DNA from: Anaeramoeba ignava BMAN
Lineage: Eukaryota; Protista; Anaeramoebae
NCBI GenBank assembly: GCA_028826165.1
Contig: JAPDFW010000086.1
Coordinates: 257,245 to 321,244 of the forward strand
DNA length: 64,000 bases
Direction: 5' to 3'
The position numbers and the translations under genes were made by a program. The notes under the pieces were generated by a model. The model had not been told where the DNA came from. It saw only the letters and a list, made by a program, of their open reading frames with translations, and searched no databases. Below, piece after piece: positions 11,576-25,099 of this stretch (its first letter is position 1; every line of letters begins with the position of its first letter).

Positions 11576-13056
11576 TTAAATGAAATAAGTTTCAAGTTCA
11601 TCAACAACCCATTGATTAGGAGAACCAGCTAAATAACTTTTAGATTCATCTGTTCCAAAAGTAATTCCTTTAGGTAAATTGTAACAATGGCCAAAATCTG
11701 TCCAACCATGTTCCAATTGAGAATTGATTGCAATATCAGCTTGGCCATATCCTCCAAAATTTGAACCATTTTCTAAACCATACCAAAGAGCATATTTCTC
11801 TTTTCCTTTTTAATTCCAAATTTCTCTGGGTTTCGATCTCCTTTATCATTTCTTAATGAAAAAATAAATGCATTTGAATCAATAATCCATCCATAATCAT
11901 TAGCATTACTCGACCATTTTGATTTATCAGTTGTCCATCCAACTTGAGTAAAACCTCCAAAAATAAAATTATCTTTTGTTTTGATAATAACTAATGTTTT
12001 TCCTTTATCATCAACTGCTTTATGCCAATTTTGAGAATTAAATCCATCTTTTTTTGCTGAATATCCTTTTTTCATTTTAGAAAAGAATTCATCATCATTT
12101 ATCCATTCTTTTAATTTCTTGAAATGTTCAGTTTCATTAAGGATGGATGATTGGAATTTAATTTTGTCTCTTGATTTGAAAATTAATGAATTTTCTTCTT
12201 CAATAAATTGTTTTAATTTTTTTTGATTTTTTTGATTTTTTTCAAGTTTTTGGAATTCAATTAATTTTTGTGAAATTTGATTTGGAATTAAATCTTTTTT
12301 CAAAGTATCTTTAAGTTCTTTTTTTGAAAAATCAATAAATCTGATTTTATCAATAATATTTAAAATTTGAATTTGTAATTTTTCTTTTTCATTTTTATCA
12401 AGTTTTTGAGTTTTCTTTTCTTGATTAATATTTGATTTATGTTTTCCCCATTTTATTATTGTTTGGAAAAGTTCAAATTCATTTGTTAGGATTTCATCAT
12501 TTGATAAAATTAAATTTAAATGATTTTCTTCAAGTTCAAGAAAAAATAAAGTTTTGATAAATTCATCAAAATTATCTAAAATAAATTTATAAGAAGAATC
12601 TATTAATTGATTGAAGTTCATTGTTTCAGATAATTTAAGAATATCAACAATAGTTTCAAATTGTAAATTATTTTTAATAAAATTTGAAGAAATTTCAATT
12701 AATTCATCAATTAAATATTTTGATGAAAAAAATAAAATTTCAACAACATTTTCTAAATTAATTTCAATTTTTCCTGAATAAAAATAATTCAAAATTGGAG
12801 ATAGAATCGAACTTGAAACATCTTGAAGAATTAATTTATTTTCTTGATATTCTTTCATTTTAGATTTAAAAAGAGATTTAAAATAATGACTTCTTGATGA
12901 AAGAATTGATTTATGAGTTTTAAATGAAGTTTTATCTTGTTCACAAATTATTTCAAAATCAAAATAACTTTCTTCTTCTTTTTCATTTTGATTTTGATTT
13001 TTAAATAAATTTTTTAAATCATTTGAAAGTTTTTCTAAATTTGAATAAGTTTCCAT
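11576..13056 (-). CDS. BTB-BACK-TLDc protein with one -1 frameshift in a homopolymer near 11807-11811 (assembly error or recent pseudogene)
   Basis: BTB (DFEIIC..FKTHKSILSSRSHYFKSLF), BACK helices and TLDc (GKTLVIIKTKDNFIFGGFT). Adding one A restores IKKGKEKYALWYG...YLAGSPNQWVVDELETYFI*, colinear with the paralogs. Confidence 0.85.
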
Positions 13057-13090
13057 TTTTGAAATAAAATTTGAAATGAAAAAAATGAAA

Positions 13091-13545
13091 AAAAAATGAA
13101 AAATGAAAATTATTTTGATTTTAATTTTAATTTCAAATTTTTTTTATTTTATACATTTTATTAATATTTATTTATTTAAATTAATATAAAATTATTCTCA
13201 ATCATTAAATAAAACTAATAAAATATTTTAATTAATTTATTTCAAAAATGGAATAAAGAATATTAAATATTTAATTTCAAATTAATTTTATTTTATACAT
13301 TTTATTAATATTTATTTATTTAAAATAATATAAAATTATTCTCAATCATTAAATAAAACTAATAAAATATTTTAATTAATTTATTTCAAAAATGGAATAA
13401 AGAATATTAAATAATTAATTTCAAATTAATTTTATTTTATATATTTTATTAATATTTCTTTGTTTAAATTAATATAAAATTATTCCCAAAAATTTAATAA
13501 CATTTAAAAGGAAATTGAAATATTTTAATAAAGATAAAAATTTAA
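13091..13545. repeat. ~455-bp direct repeat, copy 1 (internal ~146-bp units); 5' flank of the BTB-BACK-TLDc gene
   Basis: Closely similar by eye to 22001-22461, including aaaatggaataaagaat and attcccaaaaatttaata..tttaaaaggaaattgaaa. Confidence 0.8.
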
Positions 13546-13959
13546 ATCTAAAACAATAAATTATTATTTTAAACATAAAATTAAATATTAAATTAAATCT
13601 ATTCTCTTTTTTTTTTTTTAATTTATGATTGACGCATCTTGGGAATTATTTGGAAAGAAAATCAAAACAAAACTTGAAAGAAAGAGGAATTTTTATTGAT
13701 TTGAAAAAGAAAAAGAAAAAGTAAAATTCCTAAAGCTTCTGGAATTGAAGTAAGAAATTTGATTGAAATCCAATCAATATGGATTTCGAAAGAAAATCAA
13801 TGAAATTGGAAAATTGGAAATGAATTCTTTGCTTGTGATTTTTCCTAATATCATTTCTTGTGAAATCTGTTTCATTTGGGACTTTTGCTTTCCAGTTCAA
13901 TCAGACTAAAAAAATGAAACAAAATTCATTGTAAATAAATTAATTAGTAAACAAGAAAT

Positions 13960-16900
13960 ATTCAAAATTTTGTTCAAATTTAATTATTTGCAACGTATTT
14001 ATTAAATAATAAATATTATTTTTTATAATTTAAATTTAATTTTGACTTTGATAAATATTTTTAGATTGAATGATTTACAAACTTTTTATTAAATAATAAA
14101 TATTATTTTAATTTTTAATTTAAATTAAATTTGATTTTAATAAATATTTTTTTGGATTTAATTATTTACAACTATTTATTAAATAATAAATATTATTTTT
14201 TTAATTTAATTTCATTTTCATTTTGATAAACATTTTTGGATTTAATCATTTACATCTAATTATTAAATAATAAATATTATTTTTATAATTTAAATTAATT
14301 TTGATTTTGATAAACATTTTTAGATTTAATTATTTACAAACTATTTATTAAATAATAAATATTATTTTTATTTGTTAATTTAAATTAAATTTGATTTTTA
14401 TAAATATTTTTGGATTAAATTATTTACTCCCTAATTATTAAATAATAAATATTATTTTTAATTTAAATTAATTTTGATTTTGATAAATATTTTTGGATTA
14501 AATTATTTACAACCTATTTATTAAATAATAAATATTATTTTTATTTTTAATTTAAATTAAATTTTGATTTTTATAAATATTTTTGGATTTAATTTACAAT
14601 CTATTTATTAAATAATAAATATTATTTTTATAATTTAAATTAATTTTAATTTTGATAAATATTTTTAGATTTGATTATTTACTCCCTATTTATTAAAAAA
14701 ATAAATATTATTTATTAATTTAAATTAAATTTGATTTTGATAAATATTTTTGGATTAAATTATTTACAATCTATTTATTAAATAATAAATATTATTTTTA
14801 TAATTTAAATTGACTTTGATAAATATTTTTAGATTTGATTATTTACAAGCTATTTATTAATTAATAAATATTATTTTTATAATTTAAATTAATTTTGATT
14901 TTAATAAATATTTTTAGATTTGATTATTTACAAGCTATTTATTAAATAATAAATATTATTTTTATAATTTAAATTAATTTTGATTTTAATAAATATTTTT
15001 GGATTTAATTATTTACAAGCTATTTATTAAATAATAAATATTATTTTTATAATTTAAATTAAATTTGATTTTAATAAATATTTTTGGATTTGATTATTTA
15101 CAGCCTATTTATTAAATAATAAATATTATTTTTATAATTTAAATTAAATTTGATTTTAATAAATATTTTTGGATTTGATTATTTACAAGCTATTTATTAA
15201 TTAATAAATATTATTTTTATAATTTAAATTAAATTTGATTTTAATAAATATTTTTGGATTTAATTATTTACAGCCTATTTATTAAATAATAAATATTATT
15301 TTTATTTGTTAATTTAAATTAATTTTGATTTTAATAAATATTTTTGGATTTAATTATTTACAATCTATTTATTAAATAATAAATATTATTTTAATTTTTA
15401 ATTTAAATTAAATTTGATTTTGATAAATATTTTTGGATTAAATTATTTACAAGCTATTTATTAAATTATAAATATTATTTTAATTGTTAATTTAAATTAA
15501 TTTTGATTTTAATAAATATTTTTGGATTTAATTATTTACAAGCTATTTATTAAATAATAAATATTATTTTTATAATTTAAATTAATTTTGATTTTAATAA
15601 ATATTTTTGGATTTAATTATTTACAATCTATTTATTAAATAATAAATAATATTTTTTATTTTTTAATTTAAATTAATTTTGATTTTAATAAATATTTTTG
15701 GATTTAATTATTTACAACCTATTTATTAAATAATAAATATTATTTTTATTTGTTAATTTAAATTAATTTTGATTTTTAATAAATATTTTTAGATTTGATT
15801 ATTTACTCTCTATTTATTAAATAATAAATATTATTTTTAATTGAAATTAATTTTGATTTTAATAAATATTTTTGGATTAAATTATTTACAAACTGTTTAT
15901 TAAATAATAAATATTATTTTTATTTGTTAATTTAAATTGATTTTAATAAATATTTTTGGATTTAATTATTTACAATCTATTTATTAAATAATAAATATTA
16001 TTTTTTTTAATTTAAAATTAATTTTGATTTTGATAAATATTTTTGGATTTAATTATTTACAAACTATTTATTAAATAATAAATAATATTTTTATTTGTTA
16101 ATTTAAATTAAATTTGATTTTTAATAAATATTTTTGGATTTGATTATTTACAGCCTATTTATTAAATAATAAATATTATTTTAATTTATAATTTAAATTA
16201 ATTTTGATTTTAATAAATATTTTTGGATTTAATTATTTACTCCCCTAATTATTAAATAATAAATATTATTTTTAATTTAAATTAATTTTTGATTTTAATA
16301 AATATTTTTGGATTTAATTATTTACTTCCTATTTATTAAATAATAAATATTATTTTTTTATTTTTTAATTTGAAATTAATTTTGATTTTGATAAATATTT
16401 TTGGATTTAATTATTTACAAACTATTTATTAAATAATAAATAATATTTTTATTTTTAATTTAAATTAATTTTGATTTTAATAAATATTTTTGGATTTAAT
16501 TATTTACTCCCTATTTATTAAATAATAAATAATATTTTTATTTTTAATTTAAATTAATTTTGATTTTAATAAATATTTTTGGATTTGATTATTTACAGCC
16601 TATTTATTAAATAATAAATAATATTTTAATTTATAATTTAAATTAATTTTGATTTTAATAAATATTTTTGGATTAAATTATTTACTCTCTATTTATTAAA
16701 TAATAAATATTATTTTTATTTGTTAATTTAAATTAATTTTGATTTTGATAAATATTTTTGGATTTAATTATTTACTTCCTATTTATTAAATAATAAATAT
16801 TATTTTTTTAATTTAAATTAATTTTGATTTTAATAAATATTTTTGGATTTAATTATTTACTTCCTATTTATTAATTAATAAATATTATTTTTTAATTGAA

Positions 16901-19900
16901 ATTAATTTTGATTTTAATAAATATTTTTGGATTTAATTATTTACAAACTATTTATTAAATAATAAATAATATTTTTATTTGTTAATTTAAATTGATTTTA
17001 ATAAATATTTTTGGATTTAATTATTTACAAACTATTTATTAAATAATAAATATTATTTTTAATTTAAATTAATTTTTGATTTTAATAAATATTTTTGGAT
17101 TTAATTATTTACAACCTATTTATTAAATAATAAATAATATTTTTATTTGTTAATTTAAATTGATTTTAATAAATATTTTTGGATTTAATTATTTACAGCC
17201 TATTTATTAAATAATAAATATTATTTTTATTTTTAATTTAAATTAATTTTGATTTTAATAAATATTTTTGGATTTAATTATTTACAGCCTATTTATTAAA
17301 TAATAAATAATATTTTTTTTAATTTAAATTAATTTTGATTTTAATAAATATTTTTGGATTTAATTATTTACAAACTATTTATTAAATAATAAATATTATT
17401 TTTTATTTTTTAATTTAAATTAAATTTGATTTTGATAAATATTTTTGGATTTAATTATTTACAAACTATTTATTAAATAATAAATATTATTTTTTATTTT
17501 TTAATTTAAATTAATTTTGATTTTTAATAAATATTTTTGGATTTGATTATTTACTTCCTATTTATTAAATAATAAATATTATTTTTAATTTAAATTAATT
17601 TTGATTTTAATAAATATTTTTGGATTTGATTATTTACAATCTATTTATTAAATAATAAATATTATTTTTAATTTTTAATTTAAATTAATTTTGATTTTAA
17701 TAAATATTTTTGGATTTAATTATTTACAAACTATTTATTAAACAATAAATATTATTTTAATTTTTAATTTAAATTAATTTTGATTTTAATAAATATTTTT
17801 GGATTTAATTATTTACTTCCTATTTATTAAATAATAAATATTATTTTTTATTTTTTAATTTAAATTAATTTTGATTTTGATAAATATTTTTGGATTTAAT
17901 TATTTACTTCCTATTTATTAAATAATAAATATTATTTTTATTTTTAATTTAAATTAATTTTGATTTTAATAAATATTTTTGGATTTAATTATTTACAATC
18001 TATTTATTAAATAATAAATATTATTTTAATTTTTAATTTGAAATTAATTTTTGATTTTGATAAATATTTTTGGATTTAATTATTTACAATCTATTTATTA
18101 AATAATAAATATTATTTTTTTTAATTTAAATTAATTTTGATTTTGATAAATATTTTTGGATTTAATTATTTACTCTCTATTTATTAAATAATAAATATTA
18201 TTTTATAATTTTTAATTTAAATTAATTTTAATTTTAATAAACATTTTTGGATTTGATTATTTACAAACTATTTATTAAATAATAAATATTTTTGTTTTTA
18301 ATTTAAATTAATTTTGATTTTAATAAATATTTTTGGATTTAATTATTTACTCTCTATTTATTAAATAATAAATATTAATTTTTATTTTTAATTTAAATTA
18401 ATTTTGATTTTGATAAATATTTTTGGATTTAATTATTTACTTCCTATTTATTAAATAATAAATATTATTTTTATTTTTAATTTAAATTAATTTTGATTTT
18501 GATAAATATTTTTGGATTTAATTATTTACAATCTATTTATTAAATAATAAATATTATTTTAATTTTTAATTTAAAATTAATTTTGATTTTAATAAATATT
18601 TTTGAATTTAATTATTTACAGCCTAATTATTAAATAATAAATATTATTTTTATTTTTAATTTGAAATTAATTTTGATTTTGATAAATATTTTTGGATTTA
18701 ATTATTTACAATCTATTTATTAATTAATAAATATTATTTTTTTTAATTTAAATTAATTTTGATTTTGATAAATATTTTTGAATTAAATTATTTACAAGCT
18801 ATTTATTAAATAATAAATTTTATTTTTATAATTTAAATTAATTTTGATTTTGATAAATATTTTTGGATTTAATTATTTACAATCTATTTATTAATTAATA
18901 AATATTATTTTTTTAATTTAAATTAAATTTGATTTTTAATAAACATTTTTGGATTTAATTATTTACAAACTATTTATTAAATAATAAATATTATTATTTT
19001 TAATTTAAATTAATTTTGATTTTGATAAATATTTTTGGATTTAATTATTTACAATCTATTTATTAAATAATAAATTTTATTTTTAATTTTTAATTTAAAT
19101 TAATTTTGATTTTGATAAATATTTTTGAATTAAATTATTTACAAACTATTTATTAAATAATAAATAATTTTTTTAATTTAAATTAAATTTGATTTTTGAT
19201 AAATATTTTTGGATTTAATTATTTACAATCTATTTATTAAATAATAAATAATTTTTAATTTTTAATTTAAATTAAATTTGATTTTGATAAATATTTTTGG
19301 ATTTAATTATTTACAAGCTATTTATTAAATAATAAATTTTATTTTTAATTTAAATTAATTTTGATTTTAATAAATATTTTTGGATTTAATTATTTACAAA
19401 CTATTTATTAAATAATAAATTTTATTTTTAATTTTTAATTTAAATTAAATTTGATTTTGATAAATATTTTTGGATTTAATTATTTACTCCCTAATTATTA
19501 AATAATAAATATTATTTTTAATTTAAATTAATTTTTGATTTTGATAAATATTTTTGGATTTAATTATTTACAAACTATTTATTAAATAATAAATTTTATT
19601 TTTAATTTTTATAATTTAAATTAATTTTGATTTTGATAAATATTTTTGGATTTAATTATTTACAATCTATTTATTAAATAATAAATATTATTTTTAATTT
19701 AAATTAATTTTGATTTTAATAAATATTTTTGGATTTAATTATTTACAAGCTATTTATTAAATAATAAATTTTATTTTTAATTTAAATTAATTTTGATTTT
19801 AATAAATATTTTTGGATTTAATTATTTACAAGCTATTTATTAAATAATAAATTTTATTTTTAATTTAAATTAATTTTGATTTTAATAAATATTTTTGGAT

Positions 19901-20045
19901 TTAATTATTTACAATCTATTTATTAAATAATAAATATTATTTTTAATTTAAATTAATTTTGATTTTGATAAATATTTTTGGATTTAATTATTTACAAGCT
20001 ATTTATTAAATAATAAATATTATTTTTATAATTTTTTAATTTAAA
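13960..20045. repeat. ~85-bp tandem satellite, roughly 70 copies, with a variable trinucleotide
   Basis: Unit ggatttaattatttacNNNctatttattaaataataaatattattttt..aatttaaattaattttgatttt(a/g)ataaatattttt. NNN = aag/aat/aaa/aac/agc/tcc/ttc/tct. Confidence 0.95.
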
Positions 20046-20739
20046 TTCAATGAATTGCGAACACAAATTTGATATATTTTTGTGTATTTTTTATCTCAAG
20101 AAAAATATTATTTTGTTGAAACATATTTGATCATGTATTCTCTTTCAAAATTTGTTTTATTTTTTGAAGAAAAGCATTTTAATGAGGACGTTTTGATTTT
20201 AATTATTTATATATGTATAATAATATCAATATATCAGAAAAAGGTTGAGAAATTTCCAGACATTTCCAAAAAGTGTTTTGATCTGAACCTATTAATTTTC
20301 TGATAATAATTGCCTTGAGAGTGAATTTTAAACAATTCAAAGAAAAAATTTTAAAATGAATTTTATAAAACTAAAATTTCAAATATATGAAATCGATCAG
20401 AATCTTATCAAAATTAATTCTATTATTTCTATATCATTTCTCAAGATAATACTAATATCTTTTTTTTTATTAGAAATGGAATTTTTTAAATTATTCTAAT
20501 CAATTTTTCTGATTTTTTATTTTAAATGATGAATATTCTATTTATTTTTGTTCTGTAATATATTTTCTTTTTTGTCAATTTGGATGTTTTATTCATAATT
20601 CCAAAGAGAAATAAGAAAACAAAGATCGAAACAAATCATAAAAAATATGTATAAAAGTTCCTTAGAATCTTCAACTTTATAAATTTTTTGAAAGAGAAAA
20701 AAATTTTTTTTTGAAATTAACTCAAAATTGTCCCTAGTT

Positions 20740-21265
20740 TGACTTTATAATATTATTCTATTTAATTATTTACTTTCTATTTATTCAATAAAAAATTTTT
20801 TTTTTCAATTTTATAAATTTTAGAGTTCAATTATTTACCAGCTATTTTTTAAATAATTTATTTGTTTTTCAATTTGAATATATTTTTGATTTTATAAATA
20901 TTTTTTTTCCAATTTAATTATTTACTGCCTATTTATTAAATAATAAATAATTTTTTTTAATTTGATTTTATAAATATTATTTTTTTTCAATTTAATTATT
21001 TACTGCCTATTTATTAAATAATAAATATGAATTTTGGTTTAAATTAATTTGATTTTATAAATATTATTTAGAGATTTAATTATTTACAAACTGGTTATTA
21101 AAATAATAAATATTAATTTGTTTAATTTAAATTCATTTTGATTTGATGTATATTTTTGGATTTAATTATTTACAATCTATTTATTAAATAATAAAAATTT
21201 TTATTCAAATGATTATTTTGAATTTGATAAATATTTGAGATTTTCATTATTTACAATCTATTTGT
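20740..21265. repeat. Degenerate copies of the 85-bp satellite
   Basis: tttaattatttacNNNctatttatt anchors persist with divergent spacers. Confidence 0.75.
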
Positions 21266-21423
21266 AATAATTAATTTTAGGTTTCATATGAAAAATTTTA
21301 TTAAGAACGGAAAATTATATGGAAAATCCAAATTGTATATTTGGAAATCAAAAAATATAAATAGAAAATAAAATGAAGAAATTCAAAAATAATTTATGAA
21401 AAAAAATGGTTATAAATAAGTAC

Positions 21424-21772
21424 CTTTTTGGAGATTTGATTTATTTTTCGGTTTTGGTGATTTGGATTTTGATTTGGATTTTGATTTGGATTTTGATTTT
21501 GATTTGGATTTTGATTTGGATTTTGATTTTGATTTGGATTTGGATTTGGATTTAGATCGTTCTTGTTTTTGTCTTTCTTGTGTCTTTCGATTAAATCTTG
21601 AATCTTTTCTTGTATTTCAGTATTTTGTTCTTGTATTTTCCTTATCTCTTCTTGTATTTGATCTTGATTTGTATCTTTATGATGATGTTATTGAGAATTT
21701 TAATTTAAAATTGAATTTGAAATTGAATTTTAAATTTGATTTTGAATTCATTTATCTTGAAGGCTTACTCAT
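21424..21772 (-). pseudogene. Probable gene relic (coiled-coil + NP/NQ tract ending at a GT donor)
   Basis: Minus frame reads DTNQDQIQEEIRKIQEQNTEIQEKIQDLIERHKKDKNKNDL(NP/NQ)n..NKSNLQK|GT, with TAA stops upstream. Candidate ATG at 21772. Confidence 0.35.
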
Positions 21773-22000
21773 TTTTCTTTTTGTAATTTTTTTTATTAGA
21801 AAAGGAAAAAAAAAGGGAAAATTAGTTTTGTTTTTTGAATCGATAAAATAAATATTTTAAAAGTATAATGAATAAGTAATTAATAAGTATTTTATTTTTA
21901 AATAATTTATAATTTTTGTTTTTATTATTATTTATTATTAAATTTATATTTATTTTTTTAAAATCAAGAAAAATATTTACTTCGATAATTAAAAATTTGG

Positions 22001-22461
22001 AAAAAAAAAATGAAAAATGAAAAATGAAAAATATTTTGATTTAATTTTAATTTTTTTTATTTTATATATTTCATCAAATTTTCATTATTTAAAATAATAT
22101 AAAATTATTCTCAATAATTTAATAAAATTAATAAAATATTTTAATTAATTTATTTAAAAAATGGAATAAAGAATAATTAATAATTAATTTCAAATTAATT
22201 TTATTTTATATATTTTATTAATATTTCTTTGTTTAAAATAATATAAAAATTATTCTCAATCATTAAATAAAACTAATAAAATATTTTAATTAATTTATTT
22301 CAAAAATGGAATAAAGAATATTAAATAATTAATTTCAAATTAATTTTATTTTTATATATTTTATTAATATTTCTTTTGTTTAAATTAATATAAAATTATT
22401 CCCAAAAATTTAATAGTATTTAAAAGGAAATTGAAATATTTTAATAAAGATAAAAATTTAA
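22001..22461. repeat. ~460-bp direct repeat, copy 2
   Basis: Matches 13091-13545 and runs directly into satellite family A. Confidence 0.8.
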
Positions 22462-23135
22462 TTTTAATAAGTTTTAATAATTATTTAATTTAAAATTAAT
22501 TCAAATCAAATTCAAATAAAATTTTCATTTATTAAAATAATATTTTTAATTATTTATTAATCCAATTTTAATTATAATAAAATATATTAAAAATTAAAAT
22601 ATTTTTAATAAAGATAAAAATTTAATTTTAATAACTTTTAATAATTATTTAATTTAGAATTATTTCAAATCAAATTTAAATAAAATTTTCATTTATTAAA
22701 TTAATATTTTTAATTATTTATTATTCAATTTTAATTATAATAAAATGTATTAAAATTAAAATATTTTAATAAAGATAAAAATTTAATTTTAATAAGTTTT
22801 AATAATTATTTAATTTAGATTTATTTCAAATCAAATTCAAATCAAATTTTCATTTATTAAAATAATATTTTTGATTATTTATTATTCCAATTTTAATTAT
22901 AATAAAATATATTAAAAATTGAAATATTTTAATAAAGATAAAAATTTAATTTTAATAACTTTTTAATAATTATTTAATTTAAAATCAATTCAAATCAAAT
23001 TCAAATAAAATTTTCATTTATTAAATTAATATTTTTAATTATTTATTATTCCAATTTTAATTATAATAAAATATATTAAAATTGAAATATTTTAATAAAG
23101 ATAAAAATTTAATTTTAATAAGTTTTAATAAGTGT
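22430..23135. repeat. ~161-bp satellite (family A, locus 2), ~4-5 copies
   Basis: Same unit as 9720-11330. Confidence 0.9.
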
Positions 23136-23383
23136 TAATAATTGATTTCTTTCTAAATTTATTTATTAATAAATAATTTAAGTTTAATTATTATTAATTT
23201 CTATTTCCAATTTCTATTTTTATTTATTATCATTTATTCCAAATTTTTAATAATATTTTTAAATTAAATTTAAATAATTTAAAATTGGATTTGTTTCTTA
23301 TTTATTGTTTTGAAGAATTTAATTTGATTGAAAGTAAATCAAAATAAAATTCAATTTTGAAAAAATAAATGAGAAAATAGTTT

Positions 23384-25099
23384 TTAAATGAAATAAGTTT
23401 CAACTTCATCAACAATCCATTGATTATAAGAACCAGCTAAATAACTTTGAGCTTCATTTGTTCCATAAGTAATTCCATTTGGAAGTTGATAAATATTTCC
23501 AAAATTTGAATAACCAGGTTGCAAATTAGAAAATAATCGAATATCTGGTCCTTTTCCTCTTCCTCCAAAATTCGGACCTCTTGATGGATGATAATAAATT
23601 GCAAATTCTTCTTTTCCTTTTTTTATTGGAAATTTCTTTGACCTTCTATCCCCTTTATCATTTCTTAATGAAAAAATAAATGAATTTAGATCAATAATAT
23701 ATCCAAGTTCTTTCTCTTGAAAATCTTCATTCCATTTTGATTTATCAGTTGTCCATCCAACTTGAGTAAAACCTCCAAAAATAAAATTATCTTTTGTTTT
23801 GATAATAACTAATGTTTTTCCTTTATTATCAACTGCTTTATGCCAATTTTTACAATCAAATTCATCTTTTTTTGCTGAAAATCCTTTTTTCATTTTAGAA
23901 AAAAAATTATTATCATTTATCCATTCTTTTAATTTCTTAACATATTCAATATCTTTCACAATTTCTGAATCTGAAAATTGAGGAAAATTCTTTCTTAATT
24001 CAATCTCCATTTGATATTGATCAAAAATTGGTTTCATCTTCTCATTCTCTGTTTTCAAATCTTGATTCTCTTTCTTCCATTTTTCTTCAATTTCTTTGTT
24101 TTTATCTTCAATTTCTTTCTTCCATTTCTTTTCAATTTCAATTTTCATTTGTTGATTTTCCTTCTCTTTATTTTCAACTTCTTTCTTCCATTTCTTTTCT
24201 TTTTCTTTGATTTTCTTTTCTTTTTGTTTATCTTTAATTTCAAAAATAGTTCTTTCAAAATGAATTAAAAAAGAATTTGGAAGAAAAATATCAAATTCTT
24301 TTAATTTATCAAAATCTTGTTTTGAAATTGAATCTTTATCAAATAATGAAAAAAAAGAATGAAATAATCTTTTCTTTTCAATTCCCTTTTCAATTTCTTT
24401 TTCTTTTTCTTTCTTTCCTTTTAATCTTTTAGTTCTTTTTTTAATCCAATTATTTAAAAATTGAAAAAAATCAAATTGAAAAATTTCTTTTTTTTCTTGT
24501 TTAAATTGAATAAATTTGATAATTTCTTCTTTAGTTAAATTGAATAAATTCTCATTATTTTGAATTTGGGAAAAATTTTGATTTATTAATTCAAAACATT
24601 TTATTTCAATTTCATTTGAATTTAAATTTCGATTTTGGAATAAAAATTGGAAAAAATTTGAATAATTAATTGAATTTGAAATTTTTTTTTGAATAATTTC
24701 TTTCAATAAATTTAATTTAAAATAAATTGAAATTTCCAATAATTGAATAAGATTTTCTTGATTCTCAAAAGAAATATTTCCATAATAAATATAACTCAAA
24801 ATTGATTCCATTTCTTTTTTATTAAATTGATTTAAAGAAATAGAAAGAGATTCTTGCTTTAATGACTCATTAAAAAAAGGAGATCTTGAAGATAAAATTG
24901 ATTTATGAACTTTAATTTCAAAAGGATTTGATTTATTCTCAACAAAAATTGAAAAATCTTTAAATGAATTTCCATTTAAAAGGTTTGAATAATCTTTAAT
25001 TAAATTTTTTGTTACTTTTTTTTCTAAATTTTTCATTTCATTTTCATTTTCATTTTGATTTGCATTTTCAATTTGGTTATTATTATTTTTATTATCCAT
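23384..25099 (-). CDS. BTB + coiled-coil + TLDc protein (571 aa), intact
   Basis: BTB (DFSIFV..IKVHKSILSSRSPFF), K/E-rich coiled coil with EKKWKKE repeats, C-terminal TLDc ending WIVDEVETYFI. Confidence 0.9.
   Translation of the reverse strand: MDNKNNNNQIENANQNENENEMKNLEKKVTKNLIKDYSNLLNGNSFKDFSIFVENKSNPFEIKVHKSILSSRSPFFNESLKQESLSISLNQFNKKEMESILSYIYYGNISFENQENLIQLLEISIYFKLNLLKEIIQKKISNSINYSNFFQFLFQNRNLNSNEIEIKCFELINQNFSQIQNNENLFNLTKEEIIKFIQFKQEKKEIFQFDFFQFLNNWIKKRTKRLKGKKEKEKEIEKGIEKKRLFHSFFSLFDKDSISKQDFDKLKEFDIFLPNSFLIHFERTIFEIKDKQKEKKIKEKEKKWKKEVENKEKENQQMKIEIEKKWKKEIEDKNKEIEEKWKKENQDLKTENEKMKPIFDQYQMEIELRKNFPQFSDSEIVKDIEYVKKLKEWINDNNFFSKMKKGFSAKKDEFDCKNWHKAVDNKGKTLVIIKTKDNFIFGGFTQVGWTTDKSKWNEDFQEKELGYIIDLNSFIFSLRNDKGDRRSKKFPIKKGKEEFAIYYHPSRGPNFGGRGKGPDIRLFSNLQPGYSNFGNIYQLPNGITYGTNEAQSYLAGSYNQWIVDEVETYFI

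Noticed and set aside
13960-20045. CRISPR array interpretation of the 85-bp repeat
   Set aside because: No unique spacers (only a 3-nt variable site), no cas genes, eukaryotic context.
21680-21772. TAA-to-Gln genetic code reassignment suggested by TAA within NQ-like tracts
   Set aside because: Conserved genes here (cathepsin, TLDc genes, RRM protein, Rpn10) terminate at TAA and long ORFs have no in-frame TAA. The stops are better explained as decay.
21462-21851. Plus-strand ORF MDFDLDFDL...
   Set aside because: Antisense reading of an NP/NQ hexamer repeat, with a non-ATG start.
13091-22461. LTR retrotransposon
   Set aside because: The direct repeats lack evident TG..CA ends, PBS/PPT and any gag/pol remnants, and are themselves built from tandem units.
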